From NCBI GenBank assembly GCA_963769935.1, contig CAVYNY010000009.1:224001-288000 (forward strand): a DNA stretch of 64,000 nt, read 5' to 3'. Below are positions 10,960 to 19,129 of this stretch, piece by piece. How positions within the stretch are numbered: position 1 is the first letter of the stretch; each line of letters begins with the position of its first letter. This DNA is from an uncultured delta proteobacterium. Its GTDB lineage: Bacteria; Desulfobacterota; Desulfobacteria; Desulfobacterales; JAFDCJ01. The notes beneath the pieces were generated by a model that worked only from the letters and a program-made list of their open reading frames with translations, made no database searches and was not told the origin of the DNA. Both the position numbers and the translations under genes were made by a program.

Positions 10960-11082
10960 GTCTAAAATTATCAAACCCAACTAAAATTTTAACTATATAA
11001 TTTTAGCAAGTTAACAAAAATAAACTCCGGTCATGATAAAAAGTTTAACCACCTGATGCTTATCTAAACGTTTAAATAATAC

Positions 11083-11096
11083 TGAATACTTATTCA
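11083..11096. promoter_or_regulatory. Possible second, shorter TetR-type box
   Basis: TGAATACTTATTCA palindrome shares TGAAT...ATTCA half-sites with the main operator but has a different spacing. Confidence 0.4.
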
Positions 11097-11111
11097 TTTT
11101 CGTCCCAATAT

Positions 11112-11463
11112 GCCCTGTTTGGTTTCTTTGTAGCTCAGCTGTCTTCAGATCCGACCATGCAGCGTCTCAAGAGCAACACCAACGAACCCCGGGATCTGAA
11201 AGGGCGACGCGTTGCAGTGCTGCAAGGAACGACCGGTTTGGATCATATGAATAAAGAGGGTGCTGATATTGATGTGTTTGAAGGGGTAGATGATGCTATT
11301 GCCGCATTCGCATTAAGGTAGGGGGAAGGGGCAGCAGCGGTTTATGATGCCCCTAATCTGCTCTATTATGCGAACGGGGAGGGCAGAGGTAAAGTTCCGG
11401 TTGTCGGCAAAATTTTCGAACCGCAGGATTATGGTCTGGCCCTGCCGCAAGGCAGCCAAGAAT
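11112..11463 (+). pseudogene. Internal fragment of an amino-acid-binding / GluR0-like ion channel protein
   Basis: Translates ALFGFFVAQLSS...DLKGRRVAVLQGTT...ALR*GEGAAAVYDAPNLLYYA...GKIFEPQDYGLALPQGS; no start, in-frame TAG at 11319-11321, truncated 3' end. Confidence 0.75.
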
Positions 11464-11532
11464 CAGGGCCCGGAGGACCAGGCTTTCAATGTTGAAATAA
11501 AATGGTTTGGCGATTAAAACAGCAATATTATT

Positions 11533-11859
11533 TCACGGAACTAAAATGACCTCATCATTGTTGCACCATCTTTCGGTGCCGCCGCTGAGCGGCTGGTCCG
11601 TATCCGGCTGGGAATTGTAGTCGTAATCGAATTGTCCGTGGGGTGTGGTTATGCGGGCGGTTTGTCCGGCATTGATTCTGCCCTCCCAGATCTGGCCTCT
11701 TCGGGATCCGTCACTATTCAGATCGTAGATAATGATAAACACGTCATCATTGGTGGCCTTCAGGATACATGAACCCGCCCCGGCGTCGGGCAAAGATATA
11801 AACCCGGCCGTGATTATCGCCAAAAATAAAATGGATAAGGATTTGGTTAATCGTTTCAT
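11533..11859 (-). CDS. Hypothetical secreted protein
   Basis: RBS AAGGAG, signal-peptide-like N terminus, two Cys; no family recognised. Confidence 0.7.
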   Translation of the reverse strand: MKRLTKSLSILFLAIITAGFISLPDAGAGSCILKATNDDVFIIIYDLNSDGSRRGQIWEGRINAGQTARITTPHGQFDYDYNSQPDTDQPLSGGTERWCNNDEVILVP

Positions 11860-11873
11860 TAACGCTCCTTATT

Positions 11874-12131
11874 TTACATGAAAAATTTATCGCCGAAGTG
11901 AGCGACGTACTCATCGATCTCTTTGGCAAAATGCTCCAGAAATTTATCCATTTTGTTGCCGTTATGCTGAATGACTTTATCGGCAATGTTCGATGCTTTG
12001 GCGTAGACTTTTTCGAACTCATGGTCAGCCAATCCGCTGATTTCTTTGGCTTCCTTCTTGGAGATGTGACCTGCATGGGCAAAAGCGGCTGCGAATACGC
12101 CTGTCATCTGTTGAACCTTCTCTTTCGACAT
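11874..12131 (-). CDS. Hypothetical small helical protein
   Basis: Strong RBS AAGGAGG upstream; 85-aa ORF with protein-like composition; apparently co-transcribed with 11533..11859. Confidence 0.7.
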   Translation of the reverse strand: MSKEKVQQMTGVFAAAFAHAGHISKKEAKEISGLADHEFEKVYAKASNIADKVIQHNGNKMDKFLEHFAKEIDEYVAHFGDKFFM

Positions 12132-12279
12132 TACGCCTCCTTTCAGAAAATTGCTTTTAAGAGAAATTTTTTACTCACGCTATCCTTTCGGCGTCTTAAA
12201 AGGTGATGAACCCTATGCCGCCCGGCTGTTGCAATAAAATGAAGACCAATATAATCCCTGAAAACGAAAAATTCAAGTA

Positions 12280-14589
12280 TCAAGGCGCATTTGGCTGGGC
12301 CAATTTTTTTTCGATATAATTCAACATATCGCGTCCGATGGGATTGCCGGGGTGTTTTTCAATCATCCGTTCGGCGAAATCCCTGGCTTTAATCAGTTTT
12401 CCGCTTTTCAGATAGTGGTCGGCCACGGCATACAGATAGTCCAGGTTGTCGGGTTCAATTTCGAGGGCTCCCAGCAGAGCGGCCTCGGCCTCCATATCCC
12501 GCTTCATTTGCTGCAGCAATAAACCTAAATTGTAGCGCACCCGCGCCCGGTCCGGCATGCCTTTGGCTGCAATCTCAAGATGCCCGGCCGCTTCAGCATA
12601 CTTTTTCTTTTCCGCCAGCAGCAGTCCCAGTGAATATTGCACCTCGTAAAGCTCAGGATGCGCATCGACCACCTCGCGCAGCAAGGCCTCCGTTTCATCG
12701 CTGCGGCCCAATTGGTTGAACAGCATGGCCAGATTGACCTTGGCCGGGTAAAATTGACTGTCGATGCGGATGGCACCCCTAAAACTGTCAATCGCTTTTT
12801 CCGGCTGGCCCAAATTGGTGTAAATATTACCCAGGTTGTACCTGGCAAACGCAAAATCGGCCGAATATTCCATAGCTTCCTGATATTCCAGCAAGGCTGC
12901 TTGATAGCGCTTTTTCTGACTGCCGTCCAGCTGCGGGTCCTTTATTTCCGTCATACGCCGGGCGGCTTCAATGCGAACCGCTTTGACGGGATCGTACAGC
13001 ATGGCGGCCAGCAAGGCGGTCTGTTTATTTAAATCAGCAGCATTCAGCTGATCAATCGCCGTGCGTCGAATCAGGGCTTCATCGTCCGCCAGAGCCGGCT
13101 CATAGGCCTGGATGCTGTCTTTAGCCGGGTAGGAGCCCAGCAGCGACAGTGCCGTCGCCCGCACGATCACCGGATACAAGGGATCACCCGCCAGTCGAAT
13201 GAGGTTCTGAGAAGCGGCCGGCAGGTGCCGGCGGCCGGCATCGATAATCGTGCCGTAGTGGCCGGGGCGGCCGGGACCGTACCATTTGGTGAAATAATCA
13301 TCGGCCCATTGCAAGCTCTTCTCCTGATGGCAACGATTGCAGGCGTTGGGCACGCCGAGTTTCAGGCTCAGATCGGGACGCGGTATGCGAAGGCTGTGAT
13401 CCGGCCGGTAATCGATTCCCATATAGATGCGCCCCGGCATATGGCACTGGGCACACTCGGCGCCGGTACCCACGTCAAACAGCACCCGGCCGTCGGCGGA
13501 TTTGAGCGGCTCGCCTTTTTCGCCTTTTTTCTTGTGGAAATGATGGGCCCGGGCGTCATAGACGGCCGCCCGATGACACTGCAAACACAAGGCGTTGCCC
13601 GTCTTGACCGTCCTGACACTATGCACATCATGGCAGTCGCTGCAGCGCACCCCGCGCGCGTACATTTTACTCTGGGTAAACGAGCCGTAGACATAAACCT
13701 CCTCCTGGATCTGGCCGTCGGGATAATAGAGGTCTTCCTCGAGCAGGCTCGGCAGCATCGTATCCATCAAATCCGGCTCGGCATGGGTGTAATCTCCCAG
13801 TATGGCCCGCCGGGCATGGCAGGGGGCACACAGTTCCACCAGTTTGTGCGAGTTAATGCCGGATGTTTTCACCATTAGCCGGTAATTTTCAGCGGCGGGC
13901 CGCGCCATATCGGGCAATTCGGCCCACTTCACGTGATCCGATCCCGGGCCATGGCAGGCCTCGCAGCTGACATCGATTTCCGACCAGGTGGTGCGATATG
14001 AATCCGTATTGAGATCGTAATTTTTTTTCAAATTGGTGGAATGGCATTCGGCGCACATTCCGTTCCAATTCTGTCCGGCATTGGTCCAGTAAAGCCAGTC
14101 GGCAGGATCGATCGGGGCGTCCGGATACAGATGATACCATTTTTTTTCTCTGACATCCCAGGCAATGGGCAGGCATTGCAATCTCCCGCCGGGAAACGGG
14201 ATCAGGTACTGCTGCAAGGGATACACACCGAAGGTATACTTGACTTCATAATCATCCATTTTCCCGTCCGCTCCCTGGGTATGGACAAAAAATCGGCCGT
14301 CCTTGCGGTAAAATCGCGACGTAACCCCGAAGCGCTCGAAGACCGCGTTGTCAAAATTTCCCAGCACGGTTTGATCATTGGCCTCATCCATGGCCAGATC
14401 ATGCGGAGACCCCCGCCACTTGTCGAATTCACTTTTATGACATTCGGCACATTTTTGCCCGCCGACAAAGGCCGCCGGAGGCGCCGGCGCAGCGGGCGCC
14501 CGGAAGTATTGCTGCTTGAGCACATATGCCGGAATGGAGAGCACAATAACAAGCGTTGCAATGATTCCGGTTATTTTCCAGTTTCGCAT
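12280..14589 (-). CDS. Membrane-anchored octaheme c-type cytochrome with HEAT-like and TPR repeats
   Basis: Eight CxxCH motifs (CAECH x2, CEACH, CAPCH, CSDCH, CLQCH, CAQCH, CNRCH); N-terminal TM; C-terminal TPRs (ARYNLGN, VQYSLGLL, VRYNLGLL). Confidence 0.9.
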   Translation of the reverse strand: MRNWKITGIIATLVIVLSIPAYVLKQQYFRAPAAPAPPAAFVGGQKCAECHKSEFDKWRGSPHDLAMDEANDQTVLGNFDNAVFERFGVTSRFYRKDGRFFVHTQGADGKMDDYEVKYTFGVYPLQQYLIPFPGGRLQCLPIAWDVREKKWYHLYPDAPIDPADWLYWTNAGQNWNGMCAECHSTNLKKNYDLNTDSYRTTWSEIDVSCEACHGPGSDHVKWAELPDMARPAAENYRLMVKTSGINSHKLVELCAPCHARRAILGDYTHAEPDLMDTMLPSLLEEDLYYPDGQIQEEVYVYGSFTQSKMYARGVRCSDCHDVHSVRTVKTGNALCLQCHRAAVYDARAHHFHKKKGEKGEPLKSADGRVLFDVGTGAECAQCHMPGRIYMGIDYRPDHSLRIPRPDLSLKLGVPNACNRCHQEKSLQWADDYFTKWYGPGRPGHYGTIIDAGRRHLPAASQNLIRLAGDPLYPVIVRATALSLLGSYPAKDSIQAYEPALADDEALIRRTAIDQLNAADLNKQTALLAAMLYDPVKAVRIEAARRMTEIKDPQLDGSQKKRYQAALLEYQEAMEYSADFAFARYNLGNIYTNLGQPEKAIDSFRGAIRIDSQFYPAKVNLAMLFNQLGRSDETEALLREVVDAHPELYEVQYSLGLLLAEKKKYAEAAGHLEIAAKGMPDRARVRYNLGLLLQQMKRDMEAEAALLGALEIEPDNLDYLYAVADHYLKSGKLIKARDFAERMIEKHPGNPIGRDMLNYIEKKLAQPNAP

Positions 14590-15113
14590 CAGGCCTTCTT
14601 CACAGGATACACGACTTGCTCGGTTTTGAATTCACTGCGTTTTATTGTTCGACTCGTATCTACTTTCACAATGCCGTTTTCTATGACCAGTGGATGTATA
14701 TCCAATGGCCGCGGCGCAGGCGGGCTGATGACATTGCCGGTGATATCAAAGGCCGAAGCATGACAGGGACAGGCGAATCTCTTTTCTCGCTCCACCCAGG
14801 GGACGGTGCAGCCGAGATGGGTGCATTTGCGCGACAAGGCCAGAAATCCGCCGTCTGCCAGCCGCGCAAGATAAAACCGGCCGCGCACAAAAGCGGTCAC
14901 CGAATCAGGCACAAATGTATTGACGGCGCCGGCGGTAACGACGGCATCGGCGTTTTCCGGGTGCGCTTGGGGTTTGCCCGGCCGCAAAAAAGCAAATGCG
15001 ACGGCAATGAACTCGGCCAGCGCCACAAAACCCAGGGCGAACCAGAGTTTGGTTAGAAAACTGCGGCGGGAGGAACCTGCCGGTGTGGCTTTCTCTTTGA
15101 GTTGATTTGGCAT
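14589..15113 (-). CDS. Rieske [2Fe-2S] subunit of a Rieske/cytochrome b complex
   Basis: Tat motif SRRSFL plus TM; CTHLGC and CPCHAS boxes; PAPRPL. Confidence 0.95.
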   Translation of the reverse strand: MPNQLKEKATPAGSSRRSFLTKLWFALGFVALAEFIAVAFAFLRPGKPQAHPENADAVVTAGAVNTFVPDSVTAFVRGRFYLARLADGGFLALSRKCTHLGCTVPWVEREKRFACPCHASAFDITGNVISPPAPRPLDIHPLVIENGIVKVDTSRTIKRSEFKTEQVVYPVKKA

Positions 15114-15180
15114 GAGAATATCCTAAACAACTTCTTGGTGGTTTCCTACTATATCAAAACAATAAAACATCTTCGAGAAA

Positions 15181-15210
15181 GCCGGAGTGCTGGAGTATTG
15201 GAGTATTGGA
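15181..15210. repeat. Downstream arm of the inverted 8-bp tandem repeat around the four-helix-bundle gene
   Basis: GCCGGAGTGCTGGAGTATTGGAGTATTGGA abuts the stop codon; its reverse complement matches 15713-15742 at 26/30. Confidence 0.9.
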
Positions 15211-15645
15211 TTAATCATTTCCATATAGAGCATTGCTTTCCTTTATGACTAGGTGGTCTGTCCAGTCTCCCTTGGCCCTTTTGAGTTCTAAGCTTTCGAC
15301 TAATTTAAGCAGGCCATTTTCAAGTTTATATGCCAGAGTGTCAAGAGTTCCGAATTCTTCTTCAGTGATCTGCCCTGACGCTCTGTAGGCAAATAGCCCG
15401 GATACCGATTCCCCGAGAGATCCGAGGGCTATATTAAGAAAATTCAGATACTCATGAATAGATCGCCTGCAATACCCTTCTGCAATGTTCCGGTGAACGG
15501 AGTCACTTGATGCTATTGCCTGTCCTGCGACTCGCTTTAATTCGTAAGGAAATTTTCTGAAGATACGAAATGTTTGCTGATAATATTCAATTGCATCATT
15601 CCATACCCTCAATTTCTGGTATCCACGATTTTTATTCTTTCGCAT
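15211..15645 (-). CDS. Four helix bundle protein (23S rRNA intervening-sequence protein family)
   Basis: YQKLRVWNDA, Q...SSDSVHRNIAEGY.R and YLNFLNIALGSLGE motifs; more AT-rich than its neighbours. Confidence 0.92.
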   Translation of the reverse strand: MRKNKNRGYQKLRVWNDAIEYYQQTFRIFRKFPYELKRVAGQAIASSDSVHRNIAEGYCRRSIHEYLNFLNIALGSLGESVSGLFAYRASGQITEEEFGTLDTLAYKLENGLLKLVESLELKRAKGDWTDHLVIKESNALYGND

Positions 15646-15688
15646 TCTTAAATACCCTGTAATCTATGCAGTTCTTACTCATTTTCTT

Positions 15689-15742
15689 TCCATTACTCCA
15701 CTACTCCACTACTCCATTACTCCAATACTCCACTAATCCGGC
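15689..15742. repeat. Upstream arm of the inverted 8-bp tandem repeat: (TCCAHTAM)x6 + TCCGGC
   Basis: tccattac tccactac tccactac tccattac tccaatac tccactaa tccggc read directly. Confidence 0.9.
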
Positions 15743-15801
15743 AACGTTATCCAACTTATCTAAACCGGAGTGCGTTGAGTATTATAGACCAACCTCCACT
15801 A

Positions 15802-17187
15802 CTACCACGGCCACACCAGCGCCATCTCCTTTCCCCGGAACCAGATCCCGGTTACGGTCAAAATTAAAAATGCCGTCAACAATAAAACAAAGACTGCCTG
15901 GACGGCTTCGTTGTTGTTGGCGTGAAATCCCTGCTTCATCAGCAGGTAAAATCCGATGATTCCCACCAGGATAAGGACCGCCGGCAGCAGGCCGTTGCTG
16001 ATTGTGGAGGAAATCGCCGGCATCCAGGCCGCAAAATCAATCCCAAATTCATCTGCCACGATTCCGGGCGGTGTAATGATCAGGGCAATTGCCGCAGCGA
16101 TGACGGCCATTTTCCGGCCCCGGTAGGAAGCAAACCAGACGCCGGCGGTATCGGCATCATAGCGCAGATACGGCAGAAAAAATAACAGCCCGATGATGGT
16201 AACCGGTATGACAAAGACCGCGAACAGGGGGTGGAAATGCAGCAGCAGCTCCTGTAAGCCGGCAAAATACCAGGGCGCTTTGGTGGGATTGGGGCTGAGA
16301 CCCGGATTGGCCTTGGCTTCCAAAGGAGCATTAAACAAGATCGATAAAAGCATCATCAGCGCGATCAGCAGTGCGGCCACGACCAGTTCACGTACAACAA
16401 GGTTCGGAATGGTAGCTGCCGACTCCCCCCGGTCCTGCCCATCTCCGTCGGGCTTCCGCGGGATCACCAATCCGCGGGCTTTGCGTATCCGCCAGAAATG
16501 AAACGGCATGAGGCAAATGAGACCGGCGGGAATAATGGCGGTGTGGATGGCAAAAAAGATCGACAGGGTGGTCGGGCCGATATCGGATCCGCCCCGGACC
16601 AGCCTTTGCAGCCCCAAACCGATTCCGGGAATGTATTCCAGCATGCCGGTGCAGATGGTGACGGCCCAGAATGCAAGCTGATCCCACGGGAGCAAATAGC
16701 CGGTGAAGTTCGACCCCAAGACGAGAAGGAACAGCGCCAGTCCGATGACCCAGTTAAACTGCCTGGGTGAGTGAAATGCTCCGCTGAAAAATACCCGTAT
16801 AAAGTGGAGCAGAACGACCAGCAGCAGCGCATTGGCGCTCCAGTGATGCAGGTTGCGGATCAACTGACCGAAATTGACCGCGTTCTGCAGGTGGACAATG
16901 GATTCATAGGCCCGGTCCGGAACCGGCTGGTAGGCAAATTTGAGCATCAGGCCCGTAGCGAAAAGCATCACCACCAGCACCAGCGCCATCCCGCCGAGCC
17001 CCCAGGTAAGGGTGAATTTTAACGTGCGCCGGGGAACCGTTTGCGGGCGAAAATGCAGCAGCAGGCTGTTAAACAGCTGGCGGTATCGCTGCCGATCGAG
17101 GACACCCTGGTAAGTGCCGGGCAAGATGGAATACCGGATTCGCTGAAAAAGATTGAGCCGGTCCGATGTTACACTTTGAAGCGGCAT
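15802..17187 (-). CDS. Cytochrome b/b6 with fused subunit-IV-like region
   Basis: WGLGG, IRNLHHWSAN, LHFIRVF, FTGYLLPWDQLAFWA, FFAIHT...PFHF and KAPWYF motifs. Confidence 0.93.
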   Translation of the reverse strand: MPLQSVTSDRLNLFQRIRYSILPGTYQGVLDRQRYRQLFNSLLLHFRPQTVPRRTLKFTLTWGLGGMALVLVVMLFATGLMLKFAYQPVPDRAYESIVHLQNAVNFGQLIRNLHHWSANALLLVVLLHFIRVFFSGAFHSPRQFNWVIGLALFLLVLGSNFTGYLLPWDQLAFWAVTICTGMLEYIPGIGLGLQRLVRGGSDIGPTTLSIFFAIHTAIIPAGLICLMPFHFWRIRKARGLVIPRKPDGDGQDRGESAATIPNLVVRELVVAALLIALMMLLSILFNAPLEAKANPGLSPNPTKAPWYFAGLQELLLHFHPLFAVFVIPVTIIGLLFFLPYLRYDADTAGVWFASYRGRKMAVIAAAIALIITPPGIVADEFGIDFAAWMPAISSTISNGLLPAVLILVGIIGFYLLMKQGFHANNNEAVQAVFVLLLTAFLILTVTGIWFRGKEMALVWPW

Positions 17188-17246
17188 AAGAGGCCAATAA
17201 TATTAGAGTCTTTGCATTTTATGATTTTTTTTCATCACGAAAACAC

Positions 17247-17282
17247 CCCGGTTAAACGGAAACGAAGGTTTAACTGGGCAGG
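17247..17282 (+). repeat. Short hairpin element CCCGGTTAAAC...GTTTAACTGGG-CAGG
   Basis: 10/11-bp inverted repeat followed by CAGG; same ends as 56595..56695. Confidence 0.6.
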
Positions 17283-17503
17283 CGAAATATCGAACGCGCT
17301 GCTCAGGCGCCCCCGCGGCACCAGCGCTTGCGCCGCGGGGCCCGAAATATTCTCAGATACCCTATCGCCGTTTTCCAGTCAACAGATGCTTTTTCTGATT
17401 TTCAGACCCAATATTCCATTATTCCAGCATTCCATTATTCCATCGAAATCTCAGACCCCCCCCCGCTATAACTTCAAAACCGGGTTCTCTGGTCTGGAAT
17501 TCT

Positions 17504-17849
17504 TTAGATAACGGCCAATGGAACACACAGGCAGCCGACAACCATCAGGGCAATCCAGTCCTGTTTGCCGCCAGCCAGTTCGGGATCCGTATGGTTTTCT
17601 GTAAACCCTCTGGCTGCCAAGGCAATGACTAGATCATCTGCGCACTCAAACGTTCGGCGCATCAAGGGAAAGCCGAATTTGATCAATCGATAAACGGGGT
17701 TTTTTCGGTTTTCAACCGCCCGGGCCTTCAAGGCGGCCGAGGCCCCCCATCCCGCCGGCAAAAACCGGCAATCCGCACGCTCCGGCCGCCATCAAGGCCG
17801 CCAGCAGCGAAGCAAAAACGATCATGCGCAGTTGGTTGCTATCTTTCAT
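17504..17849 (-). pseudogene. bioY: Collapsed bioY::ecfT remnant (biotin ECF transporter)
   Basis: ATG 17849 overlaps the birA stop: MKDSNQLRMIVFASLLAALMAAGA|CGLPVFAGGMGGLGRL (two BioY pieces). Another frame gives KARAVENRKNPVYRL...LMRRTFECADDLVIALAARGF (EcfT/CbiQ C terminus). Confidence 0.8.
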
Positions 17850-18766
17850 ACTAAAAAACAATCTCCATAAATAATTTTTTTCCGGTCGCCATTCGCAAGT
17901 TCCAACACCAGCGCCCCGTTTTCATCCACGTCCACCGCCGTCCCTTCGGTTTCCTCGCGCTGGGTAACTATTCTTACACGGCGCCCCAGGGTAACGGCAT
18001 ATTTTTTCCATTCCGTGACGACGTTCTCCAAATCGGCGCTGCGCGTACGATGACCGAATTCTTCCAGAAAGCCGGCCAGCAGATCTTTTTTGGACAGCTC
18101 CCGGCCCGCGATCTTTTTCAAAGATGACGCTCCCGGCTCCGCGCCTGACGGATTGTTGTTGACGTTGATCCCCATTCCGATGTTGATGAAAAAAACCCGG
18201 TCGGCTTCGGCCTCCAGTTCCGAGAGCATTCCCGAGATTTTATGTTCCGCCACCAGAATGTCGTTGGGCCACTTCACCATGGCCTCAATCTGAAGCATCT
18301 GACGAATTACCCGGGCAAGCGTCAGGGAGGCCAGAAAATTCATCCTGAAACTCAACTGCACCGGAATTTGCGGCCGCATCACCATCGTGAAATACAGGCC
18401 GCCGTCATCCGACAGCCAGCGCCGCGTCAGCCGGCCCCGGCCCCGGGTCTGGCGCCCGGCGATCACTACCGTAAAATCCGGGCAGTTCCGGCGTGCCAGA
18501 TCTCTGGCGGTGTCCATGGTCGAGGTGACTTCCGGAAAATACAGGATATTGGCGGTCCGGCCCTGATACTCCCAGGGAAAAAGGATATCCGGCGCGCTGA
18601 GAAGCCGATACCCACCGGAAGTGGGGCATATTTCATAGCCGAGCGCCTGCAGCTTGCGGATGTGTTTCCAGACGGAAACCCGGGAAACGCCTAAAGCGGC
18701 ACTGAGCGCTTCGCCGGATACGACTTCATTCCGTGACCGCAGTATGTCGAGGATCTGTGCTTTCAT
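17846..18766 (-). CDS. birA: Bifunctional biotin-protein ligase / repressor
   Basis: N-terminal HTH (SGEALSAALGVSRVSVWKHI); STMD, QTRGRGR, KWPNDI, KISGML and GMGINVN motifs. Confidence 0.97.
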   Translation of the reverse strand: MKAQILDILRSRNEVVSGEALSAALGVSRVSVWKHIRKLQALGYEICPTSGGYRLLSAPDILFPWEYQGRTANILYFPEVTSTMDTARDLARRNCPDFTVVIAGRQTRGRGRLTRRWLSDDGGLYFTMVMRPQIPVQLSFRMNFLASLTLARVIRQMLQIEAMVKWPNDILVAEHKISGMLSELEAEADRVFFINIGMGINVNNNPSGAEPGASSLKKIAGRELSKKDLLAGFLEEFGHRTRSADLENVVTEWKKYAVTLGRRVRIVTQREETEGTAVDVDENGALVLELANGDRKKIIYGDCFLV

Positions 18767-18844
18767 GGTTGCAATGGTTTTGTTTTGTTAACCTCAAAAG
18801 AGGTAGAGGGTAACGACATGTTTATAAAAAGTCAAGGAGGAACG

Positions 18845-19129
18845 GTAGGAAGGTGAGAAGGTAAGAGGGTAGGAGGGTAAGAAGATGGGAAGATTAGAAG
18901 ATCAGAAGCTGAAAAGCTTCGAAGTGGATTTGGGCAGTTTTTCGCTATTCCGGCTTCCACAAACCAATAACCAATAACTGAGCCCTACCCCGTCCTATGA
19001 CCTATAGACCATGGACTATAAGCTATCAACTATCAGCTATCAGCTATCAGCTATGAGCAATGAGCTATCAGCTTTTTTATCTAATACTCACCATCCGTCC
19101 CCCTACCCTTTGCCCTATGCCCTATACGC
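18845..19129. repeat. Intergenic cluster of 7/8-bp-period tandem repeats
   Basis: GAAGGTRA/GAAGATYA-like 8-mers at 18848-18915, (AACCAAT)n near 18962, (AGCTATS)n at 19020-19072, (GCCCTAT)-like units next to the stop at 19130. Confidence 0.8.

Noticed and set aside
11319..11321. In-frame TAG as pyrrolysine
   Set aside because: It lies in a fragment lacking both ends; simple decay explains it and no pyl genes are visible.
15211..15645. Diversity-generating retroelement (Avd-like gene)
   Set aside because: No reverse transcriptase and no template/variable repeat pair with adenine-specific differences in the window.
18785..18820. BirA operator upstream of birA
   Set aside because: The left half TTGTTAACC fits, but the right half (GGTAACGACA) is poor, so it is not supported well enough to call.
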